30,666 nt of DNA from contig JABCSY010000049.1 of assembly GCA_018238625.1 (NCBI GenBank), forward strand, positions 1-30,666. The letters are read 5' to 3'. Source of the stretch: Promethearchaeota archaeon (GTDB taxonomy: Archaea > Asgardarchaeota > Lokiarchaeia > Sigyniarchaeales > SOKP01). The first letter of the stretch is position 1. Each line of letters opens with the position of its first letter. The translations under genes were made by a program, and so were the position numbers. Under the pieces are notes generated by a model, which worked only from the letters and a program-made list of their open reading frames with translations, made no database searches and was not told where the DNA came from. Shown piece by piece: positions 8,420 through 17,573 of the stretch.

Positions 8420-11113
8420 TTATTTTTTCCTTTGTTCAATTTCTGCCTGAGCAGCGGCAATTCTCGCGACTGGGATTCTAAATGGAGAACATGATACATA
8501 ATCCAAACCTATTGAATGAGCAAACTTGATCGAGCTCGGCTCGCCTCCATGTTCACCACAAATCCCAAGCTTTAAGTCCGGTCTAGTTTTTCGGCCTAAC
8601 TCAATAGCTATTTTCATTAATTTGCCTACGCCGTCTTGATCTAAGAATTCAAAAGGATTTCGTTCTAAAATTTCTTTATTTAGATATACAGGAATGAATT
8701 TTCCTTCAGCGTCGTCTCGGCTAAATCCAAAGGTCATTTGAGTTAGATCGTTAGTACCAAACGAGAAAAACTCGGCTTCCGTGGCTATTTCATCGGCAGT
8801 TAAAGCGGCTCTCGGGATCTCGATCATTGTGCCAAATTTGTAATCTAACTCGACGCCATATTCCTTAATAGTTTCTTCTGCTATTTCAAGCAATTGAGAT
8901 TTGACAAATTGTAGTTCTGAAATCATACCAATAAGAGGAATCATTACTTCAGGTATAACATTAACACCTTTTAATTTAAGTTCGCAAGCTGCTTGAAATA
9001 TAGCCCTTACTTGCATCTCGTTTATCTCAGGCCAAACAATCCCAAGTCGGCAACCCCTTAATCCCATCATCGGATTTTCTTCGGAGAGCGATCTAATCAA
9101 TCTGATGACTTTATTTTTCTTTTTGAGTTCCTCATCGAGTGGACTAATCTCTAACAGAGTTTTTGACAAAGAATTCGTCATTTGTAGTTCTTGACGCTCC
9201 AGTAAAACTGTGGATAACTCAGGTAAGAACTCATGAAGTGGAGGATCTAATAATCTAATGGTCACTGGTTTTCCCTCCATAATTTTAAAAATCTCTAAGA
9301 AATCGCCTTTTTGCATTGGTAAAATCTTATTTAGGGCGTCTTGACGGTCTTCTTTTGTTTGTGCCATTATCATTTTTTGTACAACCGGTAACCTCTCTTG
9401 TGCCATGAACATGTGCTCTGTCCTACATAACCCAATACCCTCAGCACCGAATTCTATGGCTTTGTTGGCATCTACAGGGGTATCTGCGTTTGCTCGTACG
9501 CCCATAGTTCTAATCTCGTCTGCAATTTCAAGTAATTCTAAAAATTCTCCTTTAATTTCGGGTTGAACCAAAGGAACTTTTCCTTCTATGACGCGTCCTG
9601 TCGTGCCATCAATCGTTATATAATCCCCTTCTTCAATTACAGTTCCAGCTACTCTGAATTCTTTGTTTTCCTCGTCGATTTCGATATCTTGAGCCCCAAC
9701 AACAGCTGGTTTACCCATTCCTCTCGCAACAACAGCTGCGTGAGAAGTTTTTCCACCAAACTGAGTCAATACACCGCTAGAGGCGTATAATCCATGAACA
9801 TCTTCAGGTTTAGTTTGAGGTCGAACTAATATAATCTCTTCTTCTCCAGAATTCGCTAATTCTTCGCACCTATCCGAGTCAAATATCGCAATTCCCGAAA
9901 CTGCGCCCGGTGATGCGTTAATGCCTTTTGCTAAAACATGTACGATAGCATCCTCATCGATGCTTTTAAATAAAAGCTTAGATATTTTATCTGGGTCAAT
10001 GCTCATTATTGCTTTTTCTTTATCTATTAAACCTTCTTTGACCATGTCTACAGCGATTTTAACTGCTGCCGATGGAGTGCGCTTACCATTTCGAGTCTGT
10101 AAAATGAATAACTTTCCATCTTCGATCGTAAACTCGATATCTTGCATATCTCTATAATGATTCTCGAGCTTAACCATCGTACTCTTCAATTCTTTGTATA
10201 TTTCAGGGAATTCTTTGTCCATTTCATCAAGTTTTTTTGGAGTTCGAATTCCCGCAACAACATCTTCTCCTTGAGCGTTAGTTAGGTATTCCCCAAATTT
10301 TATATTATCTCCATTAGAAGGATCTCGCGTAAAAGCTACGCCAGTACCGGAGTTATCTCCTTTATTCCCAAAAACCATAGTTTGTATGTTAACTGCTGTT
10401 CCAAAATTAGGGATATTGGATATCTTCCTGTAAGTAATAGCTCTCTTAGTATTCCAAGATTTAAATACAGCTTCTATTGATAAAAATAATTGTTTAAAAG
10501 GATCTTGAGGAAATGGTGCGCCAATTTCTTTTTCGTAAAGAGCTTTATAATCTACAATAACATTTTGAAGATCAGCTACAGATAAATCTGTATCTTGAGC
10601 AGTTCGCGAGAGTTTTCGTTTATATTTATCCAAAATTCTTTCAAATTTCTCGTCGCCGATGCCCATGACAACATCGCCGAACATTTGAATAAACCTTCGG
10701 TACGAGTCGTACGCAAATCGGGGATTATCTACTTGTTCCGCCATACCTAAAACGGATTCGTCATTTAAGCCCAAATTTAAAACTGTGTCCATCATTCCAG
10801 GCATGCTCATTGGAGCCCCAGAACGTACGGATACTAATAAAGGATTTTTTTTATCTCCGAATTTCTTCTTGGTGAGCTCTTCAAGATGTTTTAGACGGTC
10901 TAAAACCATAGGTTCGACTTCTGCTATCAATTTTTTAGGACTTTTGAAGTAAATTAAACAAGCCTCTGTTGTTAGCGTAAATCCAGGAGGTATATTTAAC
11001 CCTAAATTGGTCATTTCTCCGAGATTTGCCCCTTTTCCTCCAAGTAGATTCTTTAACTCTTTTCTACCTTCGCTAAAATCATAAACATACTTGTGTTTTT
11101 CTGTGGTTGTCAT
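8420..11113 (-). CDS. ppdK: Pyruvate, phosphate dikinase
   Basis: LLGGKGANL, PLLVSVRSGA, MPGMMDTVLN, phospho-His motif GGKTSHAAVVARG, GIGLCRTEHMF, FFSFGTNDLTQ and GICGEHGG. Confidence 0.97.
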   Translation of the reverse strand: MTTTEKHKYVYDFSEGRKELKNLLGGKGANLGEMTNLGLNIPPGFTLTTEACLIYFKSPKKLIAEVEPMVLDRLKHLEELTKKKFGDKKNPLLVSVRSGAPMSMPGMMDTVLNLGLNDESVLGMAEQVDNPRFAYDSYRRFIQMFGDVVMGIGDEKFERILDKYKRKLSRTAQDTDLSVADLQNVIVDYKALYEKEIGAPFPQDPFKQLFLSIEAVFKSWNTKRAITYRKISNIPNFGTAVNIQTMVFGNKGDNSGTGVAFTRDPSNGDNIKFGEYLTNAQGEDVVAGIRTPKKLDEMDKEFPEIYKELKSTMVKLENHYRDMQDIEFTIEDGKLFILQTRNGKRTPSAAVKIAVDMVKEGLIDKEKAIMSIDPDKISKLLFKSIDEDAIVHVLAKGINASPGAVSGIAIFDSDRCEELANSGEEEIILVRPQTKPEDVHGLYASSGVLTQFGGKTSHAAVVARGMGKPAVVGAQDIEIDEENKEFRVAGTVIEEGDYITIDGTTGRVIEGKVPLVQPEIKGEFLELLEIADEIRTMGVRANADTPVDANKAIEFGAEGIGLCRTEHMFMAQERLPVVQKMIMAQTKEDRQDALNKILPMQKGDFLEIFKIMEGKPVTIRLLDPPLHEFLPELSTVLLERQELQMTNSLSKTLLEISPLDEELKKKNKVIRLIRSLSEENPMMGLRGCRLGIVWPEINEMQVRAIFQAACELKLKGVNVIPEVMIPLIGMISELQFVKSQLLEIAEETIKEYGVELDYKFGTMIEIPRAALTADEIATEAEFFSFGTNDLTQMTFGFSRDDAEGKFIPVYLNKEILERNPFEFLDQDGVGKLMKIAIELGRKTRPDLKLGICGEHGGEPSSIKFAHSIGLDYVSCSPFRIPVARIAAAQAEIEQRKK

Positions 11114-11261
11114 TTAATTGTACCAAATTTTCGTTAAAACTAATAAATTTATTTTTACTTTATTCCGCAAATTTTTAGAATACTGCTTTTGATATATTAA
11201 TTTCCCTTTAAAAATAAAATTTTCGATGTGGTGCTATAAACTGGTAAATCTCATAAGTATT

Positions 11262-11275
11262 TAGATTTAAATCTA
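11262..11275. promoter_or_regulatory. Perfect 14-bp palindrome containing a likely TATA box for tnpA/tnpB
   Basis: TAGATTTAAATCTA. Its TTTAAA core lies about 26-31 nt upstream of the tnpA ATG at 11297. Confidence 0.45.
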
Positions 11276-11296
11276 CACCTTTTTTATAAAATTATT

Positions 11297-11524
11297 ATGA
11301 AATCGTCAGACGCTTGTTAATTACTACAAGTTACAAAACCTACGTTATACAAATATGAAAAAAATGGATTTATAAAAGCAAATCGTTTACCTAATGGATA
11401 TTGGGATTTTGATGAAGAATCTGTATATTCATTTTTTAATAAAGATGTTCCACGAAAGATTTATGCTTATGCAAGAGTTTCTACAAATAAACAGAAGAAA
11501 GATCTAGAAAATGGTGGTGCTTAA
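11297..11524 (+). pseudogene. tnpA: IS607 transposase TnpA pseudogene (MerR-like HTH plus start of the serine recombinase domain)
   Basis: MKSSDAC*LLQVTKPTLYKYEKNGFIKANRLPNGYWDFDEESVY…IYAYARVSTNKQKKDLENGGA*. TAA at codon 8 (11318-11320), and the frame ends right after YARVST..QK.DL. Confidence 0.9.
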
Positions 11525-12715
11525 ATGATATTAACTGAGATCATTCAGGTAAAGAGATCAAAGGAACTGTCTAAACTGTGCCACTTAGCTAAGAATTTAT
11601 ATAATTTATCTAATTGGTATTATAGACAAGATTTCTTCAATTTGGGTACTTTTCTCAGTTATTACGATCTGGATTTCGTTTTAAAACGTCATGAATGCTA
11701 TAAGAACTTGCCAGCTCAAACTTCTCAACAAATATTAAAGTTGGTAATCAAGAATTGGAAATCTTACTTTAGAGCCAAGAGAGAATGGAACGCGAACAAG
11801 TTCAAGTTTAAGCGCGTTCCTAAGATACCAAGATACAAGAGAAAAGATGGCGAGTCCATTGTCATTTTCACGAATCAGAACGCAAGAATAAAAGACGATG
11901 GATGCCTTCATTTTCCCAAGAAATGCGATTTAAAACCTGTTAAGACTCGCATTACACAATTTCAACAGGTTAGGATAATACCGTTAGGGATTATATATAA
12001 AATAGAAATAATACACGAGAGAGAAGCAAAAGATTTAGGTTTGAATGAGGACGCTGTATTAAGCGTTGATTTGGGTTTGAACAATCTCATAACTGCTGTA
12101 AATAATAAAGGTTTGAAGCCTTTTATTGTTAAAGGTGGGAACGTCAAATCTGTAAATCATTATTACAACAAGCAATTAGCACGTTATAGAAGCGTTGAAA
12201 GTAAGAAGGGTAATCTTGTAGATACTAAAAGAATTAGGAGGTTACACCTAAAGAGAAATAACAAGATTATAGATCACTTCCACAAGATCTCTAAGAACGT
12301 GATTACATATTGTAAAGAAAACGATATAGGGACGATAGTAATTGGATACAACGAAGGTTGGAAGCAGAAATGCAATATGGGGAGGGTAAACAATCAAAAA
12401 TTTGTGCAAATTCCTTTTAATAAATTATTTCGGCAGATTGCATATAAAGGAGAGTTGATTGGTGTTGACGTAGTGTCAATAGACGAGAGTTATACTAGTA
12501 AATGCTCGTTTTTAGATGGAGAAGAAATCAAGAAACATTCCAAGTATGCGGGTAAGAGAGTTAAAAGAGGATTGTTTAAATCTCGCAATGGAACGATTAT
12601 TAATGCCGACGTGAATGCCGGATACAACATCATGAAGAAAGCATTCCCAAATTCTATAACTGATGATGGGATACAGGGTTTGGTGTTAACCCCAGAAGTT
12701 GTCAAGATTTCTTGA
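11525..12715 (+). CDS. tnpB: TnpB RNA-guided endonuclease (IS607-associated)
   Basis: LCHLAKNLYN, LPAQTSQQ, RuvC-I SVDLG (D182), IVIGYN..WKQ, NQKFVQIPF, DESYTSKC and RuvC-III NADVNAG (D362). Confidence 0.93.
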   Translation: MILTEIIQVKRSKELSKLCHLAKNLYNLSNWYYRQDFFNLGTFLSYYDLDFVLKRHECYKNLPAQTSQQILKLVIKNWKSYFRAKREWNANKFKFKRVPKIPRYKRKDGESIVIFTNQNARIKDDGCLHFPKKCDLKPVKTRITQFQQVRIIPLGIIYKIEIIHEREAKDLGLNEDAVLSVDLGLNNLITAVNNKGLKPFIVKGGNVKSVNHYYNKQLARYRSVESKKGNLVDTKRIRRLHLKRNNKIIDHFHKISKNVITYCKENDIGTIVIGYNEGWKQKCNMGRVNNQKFVQIPFNKLFRQIAYKGELIGVDVVSIDESYTSKCSFLDGEEIKKHSKYAGKRVKRGLFKSRNGTIINADVNAGYNIMKKAFPNSITDDGIQGLVLTPEVVKIS

Positions 12716-12760
12716 TAATTTTAAATAAGAATAGGTAAGTTTTACTAGTTTTGATAACAT
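12640..12760 (+). ncRNA. Putative TnpB omegaRNA (reRNA) scaffold
   Basis: Position inferred from known TnpB systems (3' end of tnpB to the right end). GGGTT…AACCC hairpin at about 12676-12692. Boundaries are not verifiable here. Confidence 0.4.
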
Positions 12761-12794
12761 AAGTAGATTGTGGATTATCTTAAACCGTAAGCGA

Positions 12795-13637
12795 TTATTT
12801 TAAAGCTTCTAAAAAACTCCAAATCCCTTCGATTATAAAATTTGGCTTAGAAGTTTTGCTTTCTTCGATCATCTCTAAGGTCGCTTCTCCAGATAATACG
12901 CAACAAGTTGTCACGCCGACATCTATTCCCATTTTTATGTCAGTATATAACCTATCTCCAAACATTGCTGCGTCTTTAGGATGTATCCCAAGTTCTTCAA
13001 GTTTGAACAAAAGCATTTCTTTATTCGGTTTTCCAAAAACTTTTGGTATTCTTTCTGTTGCTTTATATAGAAGAGCTGCTATTCCTCCAGCATCGGGAAT
13101 ATATCCATTTTTAGTCGGGCATCTATCGTCTAAATGCGTAGCAATGTAAGGTATATTGATTTGAAGTAAGTACGAAGCTTTTACTAACCGTTCATATGTC
13201 AATTCTTGATCAAAAGCGAGAACAACGATTTCAGGATCGGTTTCAGTTAAAATAAAACCTTCTTGGCGAAATTCTCTTTTAAGAGATTCTGTGCCTAATA
13301 GAAAGATTTTTTCGTAATTTTTCTTTTTTAAATAATCTATGGTCGGGTGTTGAGATAGTATTAAATTTTCACGGGTTACGTTTAGGTTTAAATCGTTTAA
13401 CTTTTTAACATAATCTGAAGTAGATTTACTTGAATTATTAGAAAGAAAAAAGAATTTTTTACTTTTTCTTTTCAAAACATCAACTAATTCGATAACACCA
13501 TCGAATAATTGGTCTCCTATATATATTGTGCCGTCTAAATCAAAGAAATAAACTTTTTTCTTTATTAGCTCAGATAAATCCCTTTTAAGAGCGTTCATAA
13601 TATTTAACTTTATGAAAGTATGTACAACTTTTTTCAT
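12795..13637 (-). CDS. HAD-superfamily subfamily IIA (NagD-like) phosphatase
   Basis: FFDLDGTIY, LSNNSS, FGKP and FGDRLYTDI. The real start may be the ATG at 13598. Confidence 0.9.
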   Translation of the reverse strand: MKKVVHTFIKLNIMNALKRDLSELIKKKVYFFDLDGTIYIGDQLFDGVIELVDVLKRKSKKFFFLSNNSSKSTSDYVKKLNDLNLNVTRENLILSQHPTIDYLKKKNYEKIFLLGTESLKREFRQEGFILTETDPEIVVLAFDQELTYERLVKASYLLQINIPYIATHLDDRCPTKNGYIPDAGGIAALLYKATERIPKVFGKPNKEMLLFKLEELGIHPKDAAMFGDRLYTDIKMGIDVGVTTCCVLSGEATLEMIEESKTSKPNFIIEGIWSFLEALK

Positions 13638-13695
13638 TTATTTTAAATTAATTAATTACGCGTAACAAATAAATTAGTCCTTACTAATATCAAAA

Positions 13696-14370
13696 TTAAT
13701 AATTTCCCATTTTCCTCTCGTTTAACATTAACCAAGCTTTATATTTAAAAGTAAACTTTCCCTTGGCTATAGGCTTATAACCGGTTTCCTCTTCAAATAG
13801 GATTTGCTTTATTTCTGAATCAATTAGTTTGAATATTTGGCCAGTCGATCTCTTTTCCATTATGACGAGAAATAAAAATAAGCCGATAATAAACACCACG
13901 ATTAACGTAATAGCATGGGTTAAGGACAGATAAATAGTGGAAAATACAAAAAATATTAACATCGGTGCTATACCAAAATAACATAACAAGCAAAATTCTT
14001 GTAGAGAAAAGAAAAATGAGGGTTTAAAAAATACGTCTATATTATTCTCTTTTGCATTTTTTAACAGCAAAATTTTATATTTTTTACTAAATCTCTTATT
14101 TTTTAACGGATTAGCACCACTCTCATTCAAAAACGTTTCTTGTTTCAATTTTGTGTCTAAAATAACGCAGATCTTTTTTTGTTTATTTTGTAAATAAACT
14201 ATTGCAATTAATAAGCCACAAATGAAAACTAATAAAAAAATATACCATAGAATCTCAATTAATATCTCTAAACTTATTAAAAAAAAAGTTACGATGCTTA
14301 ATAGTATACAATATGTAAAAATTCTTCTCAACTTAAATTTGAAACATAAGCTCAAAAACAACTTTAACAT
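13696..14370 (-). CDS. Hypothetical 4-TM membrane protein with an internal duplication
   Basis: Two units of [2 TM + D..(L/I)KQ..F..E(S/T)G..P….F..KYK..L]. Confidence 0.65.
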   Translation of the reverse strand: MLKLFLSLCFKFKLRRIFTYCILLSIVTFFLISLEILIEILWYIFLLVFICGLLIAIVYLQNKQKKICVILDTKLKQETFLNESGANPLKNKRFSKKYKILLLKNAKENNIDVFFKPSFFFSLQEFCLLCYFGIAPMLIFFVFSTIYLSLTHAITLIVVFIIGLFLFLVIMEKRSTGQIFKLIDSEIKQILFEEETGYKPIAKGKFTFKYKAWLMLNERKMGNY

Positions 14371-14482
14371 TTTAATAATGCAACCAACAATATTTTTCGA
14401 CTATTAATTTAAAAAAAAAGAAGTAAAAATATAAGATTATTTATTTTGTTTGGTTGTGTTTTGATTTAAAGAATTTAAGGAT

Positions 14483-15940
14483 TTACAATTCTACTACAGT
14501 CCCACACCATTTACAGAATTTATCACTAGTTGACAGTTTACTGCCACATAAAGAACACGATTTAGAATTAGCTGGGGTAACTTTTGAAGGCGTTCCAATA
14601 CTTCTACCTTCAATTTTACCTCCACAGCTCGGGCAGAAGTGGGCGTCTTTCCGGACCACAGAACCACAGCGTATACAATTAGATGTTGACGATTTAGCTG
14701 CTTTAGTTGCTTTTAGAGGCTTTTTTGCAGGAATTGATTTAGATGATGGTTTTGATTTCAATTTCTTTTGTCCACTTCGAGCAATTAACGCGGCAACAAC
14801 CACGATACCAGCAATCACTATTATTGTAATTAAAATAGGTTGAATACTTACCCACCTATCAGTAGAAGTAACTCCAGAATCGTACGACACATCGAATGTA
14901 ATGCTCGTAGTTTCTTCTGGAGCTAACATGGGGTCAAAGTAAACGAAAAAATACCAATTTCCATCGTTCGGAACTGTAAAAGTATTTTGAGATATTGAAT
15001 CTACACCTTCTTCATAATAATCTGCTGCCGTTAGATCTATTACATTAGCAGCGGAGTAATCGATTGTCATGTTAACGTTAACTGTAGTTACACCTTCATT
15101 GAACCAAACGAGATAATAATCTCTTGCTTCCGAAATTGAATAATCCCCACTACCTTGGTCTACATTATCTTCAAATAGGTAAAAGGATGGACTACCTCCT
15201 TGATTCCACTCGTAAAAAGCGTATCCGCTCGCAATGAAGAAATCAATCTGACCTGACGCATTATAATTGTAATGAATCGAAGAACCTGGTTTTAGAAAAT
15301 ACGATATATACTCGTAATAATTATTTACAAGAGAAAATTGATCGCTGTCGCTACCTACTTTCGTTGTAGTTGGTAAAGACGAAAAAGGTTGATCCCATAT
15401 TGCAAAACTGATAAGACTTGGAGACGATTGCACTGAGTAGGTAATATCATTTCCCGATTTAATGTATTCATATTCGTACCAATATTCGTTAAAGTAAAGA
15501 GTTTCAGTCGAACGATAATTTACGTAGCCAGCTGTATCTGCAGTACTAAAAGGAAACCATAGAGCAATACCTGCTAGGGGTAACAAGATTAATCCTAAAA
15601 CGATGGCAATTGTAATACCTCCTCCAACATAAACAGGGGAATAGTACCACGGCCTATGCCAGCGTCCTGCCCACCAGGGGTTGTACCACGCGTGCCAATA
15701 CCATGGCCGATAGCCGAACCGAGAGTATCTCCGATGCGGCCTATAATATGAGTGGCTGTAAGGCCCTCTTGGAGCTCTTGAGGTTACTCGCGTGGCACCA
15801 GTTCTGCCAAATGGCGTTCCACTTGACCTAGATCCGCCCATTCGGAACGCTGCGGAACCTCCTCTGAAGCCCCCGCCTCTAAAGCCACCACCACCAAAGC
15901 CACCGCCTCTAAAACCTCCTCCGCCTCCTCCACGGGGCAC
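14483..15940 (-). CDS. Two-TM membrane protein: RGG/Gly-rich N-terminus, GOLD-like extracytoplasmic beta domains, C-terminal double zinc ribbon
   Basis: GTG start with GAGGTG upstream; (FRGGG)n repeats; two hydrophobic segments; CxxC…FCxxCG twice. Confidence 0.85.
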   Translation of the reverse strand: MPRGGGGGGFRGGGFGGGGFRGGGFRGGSAAFRMGGSRSSGTPFGRTGATRVTSRAPRGPYSHSYYRPHRRYSRFGYRPWYWHAWYNPWWAGRWHRPWYYSPVYVGGGITIAIVLGLILLPLAGIALWFPFSTADTAGYVNYRSTETLYFNEYWYEYEYIKSGNDITYSVQSSPSLISFAIWDQPFSSLPTTTKVGSDSDQFSLVNNYYEYISYFLKPGSSIHYNYNASGQIDFFIASGYAFYEWNQGGSPSFYLFEDNVDQGSGDYSISEARDYYLVWFNEGVTTVNVNMTIDYSAANVIDLTAADYYEEGVDSISQNTFTVPNDGNWYFFVYFDPMLAPEETTSITFDVSYDSGVTSTDRWVSIQPILITIIVIAGIVVVAALIARSGQKKLKSKPSSKSIPAKKPLKATKAAKSSTSNCIRCGSVVRKDAHFCPSCGGKIEGRSIGTPSKVTPANSKSCSLCGSKLSTSDKFCKWCGTVVEL

Positions 15941-15942
15941 CT

Positions 15943-16962
15943 TTACCTTGACACCTCATTTTCTATAGCTTGAGAGTCTTTTCCACGGAAGATATAATCT
16001 CGATAAATAGCTGCTATAATTAAAACCATAGAAATAATAGACATTGTCAAACCTATAGCGTTAGGTACCACATTTGTAGATGGAACCGCAGCTGCAAAAG
16101 CAATGCCAAGTAAAACCCACTCAAGAACCATGAAAAATACAAGTAACCAAGGAATTACTGTTCTTATAATTTGACCGATAAAAATATCTTTAGCATCTGA
16201 AAAACTCGCATATATTAATGAAAATAGCCCTAAAACACCAAAAACAAATAGGAGAACGCTACATACAACTACCGAAAGCCAAATAACTCCGTTATTTCCA
16301 ATTAAATCAAGAAAGGGTACAAGAAGATTGAACCCTCGCGCCTCAAATAGGTGAAAAGTAACGATATCTCCTTGAATATCAGCTACCCCAAAAAAACTTA
16401 GGAGATCTGTAGGGTTACCTGAAAAATACCCATAAAGGCCTCCAAAAGGCAATACAATACCAAAAACAAAAGCTAATATCATACATATAGTAGCAAACCA
16501 GAATTCGGCAGTTCTCGTATCAGAAACAGGAATTAACCCTACTTCGTCAACATCTTCGTTGGGAATATAACTCCAACAATCCTGGATCGTGCATACGCCT
16601 ATAAGTTTTCCATCTTCAACAACAGGTACAACATTGACTTGTAAATCGCGCATTCTTGTGAAAGCTTCCGTAACAGGACTATCAAGCGATACTGGCTCAA
16701 TTTTATACATAGTCGCGATAACTTTTGCTTCTTTTAAGTCTTTTCCTTCTGCTATTACATCTTGAATAATATCAAAATCTGCTATAACTCCAAGAACTTT
16801 TTTAGCCTCTCCTTCGACCACTACCAAATCAGGTACTCCTATTTCTTTCATTTTTTTAGCAGCTTCTTGAATCGTTGCCTTAGAATCTATAACTCCGTAC
16901 TCGTCGTCTATTATTAAATCTTTTACAAAATATTCTTTTTTAGACAAGTTCAAATTTATCAC
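15943..16962 (-). CDS. CBS-pair domain protein fused to 4 TM helices
   Basis: TIQEAAKKM…LVVV…VLGVI and PVTEAFTRM…VPVVEDGKLIGVCTIQD, then four hydrophobic segments. The start may be a downstream TTG. Confidence 0.85.
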   Translation of the reverse strand: MINLNLSKKEYFVKDLIIDDEYGVIDSKATIQEAAKKMKEIGVPDLVVVEGEAKKVLGVIADFDIIQDVIAEGKDLKEAKVIATMYKIEPVSLDSPVTEAFTRMRDLQVNVVPVVEDGKLIGVCTIQDCWSYIPNEDVDEVGLIPVSDTRTAEFWFATICMILAFVFGIVLPFGGLYGYFSGNPTDLLSFFGVADIQGDIVTFHLFEARGFNLLVPFLDLIGNNGVIWLSVVVCSVLLFVFGVLGLFSLIYASFSDAKDIFIGQIIRTVIPWLLVFFMVLEWVLLGIAFAAAVPSTNVVPNAIGLTMSIISMVLIIAAIYRDYIFRGKDSQAIENEVSR

Positions 16963-17114
16963 ATTTTTTTTTAGTAGATTAACTATTTACTAAACAGACA
17001 AAACGAACTATTAAAATTAACTATAGTCCAATATTTATTTTTTAGAAAATTCCCTTAGGAAAATAGATGTGTAAAATAAAAATATAAAAGGTTAAAAAAA
17101 AAGAGTAGCTTGAA

Positions 17115-17573
17115 TTAGTAAAATTCAGCCCCTTCTATTTTAGTGGTAGAAACGACTAGTTCCTGCGCAGCTTTTGTTGCTCGCATGACCTTCGCCATGT
17201 TACCTACGAGTTTAAATTTACCGGCCATTAATCCCTGGATTGGATCTAGTTCTTGCTTAAAAACCTTTACCCAATTATCGTAATTTCCTGAAAATACAAA
17301 TTCTGCGCCGATTTTTTCTCCTTCTTTTAAAGGTCGTGCCTCAGAATTAGCGGGTAAAATTTCGTATTCGTCTCCCTCCTTTAGGACTTTACTGCCTGTG
17401 CAGTCTCCTTTATGTAATCCAACAAACATTACAATTTTATGATCCAGATTACCACTTGGTTCCACTACGAAAAGAAAGTCACCTGTCCACCAAGAAGCTG
17501 CCGCTTTATAATTGGCATTATCATTTAAAGCCTTTGTATAGTTTTCTGCCCATTCTTCTGAAAATACTTTCAA
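17115..17573 (-). CDS. SCP2 sterol/lipid-binding domain protein
   Basis: FSEEWA..Y..ALN.N..YK.AA..W.GDF and LDPIQGLMAGKFKLVGNMAKVMR. TTG start at 17573 after GTGAG (the ORF track uses 17582). Confidence 0.85.
   Translation of the reverse strand: MKVFSEEWAENYTKALNDNANYKAAASWWTGDFLFVVEPSGNLDHKIVMFVGLHKGDCTGSKVLKEGDEYEILPANSEARPLKEGEKIGAEFVFSGNYDNWVKVFKQELDPIQGLMAGKFKLVGNMAKVMRATKAAQELVVSTTKIEGAEFY

Larger units (their letters stand above)
11231..12760 (+). mobile_element. IS607-family element, non-autonomous (truncated tnpA plus tnpB)
   Basis: Serine-recombinase tnpA remnant abutting tnpB. Subterminal imperfect inverted repeat AAACTGGTAAATCTCA (11238-11253) vs TAAGTTTTACTAGTTT (12736-12751), 13/16 matches. 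Exact ends are approximate. Confidence 0.8.

Noticed and set aside
15850-15940. GC-rich island as a tRNA/ncRNA or G-quadruplex element
   Set aside because: It is fully explained by the Gly/Arg codons of the RGG tail, and no cloverleaf is present.
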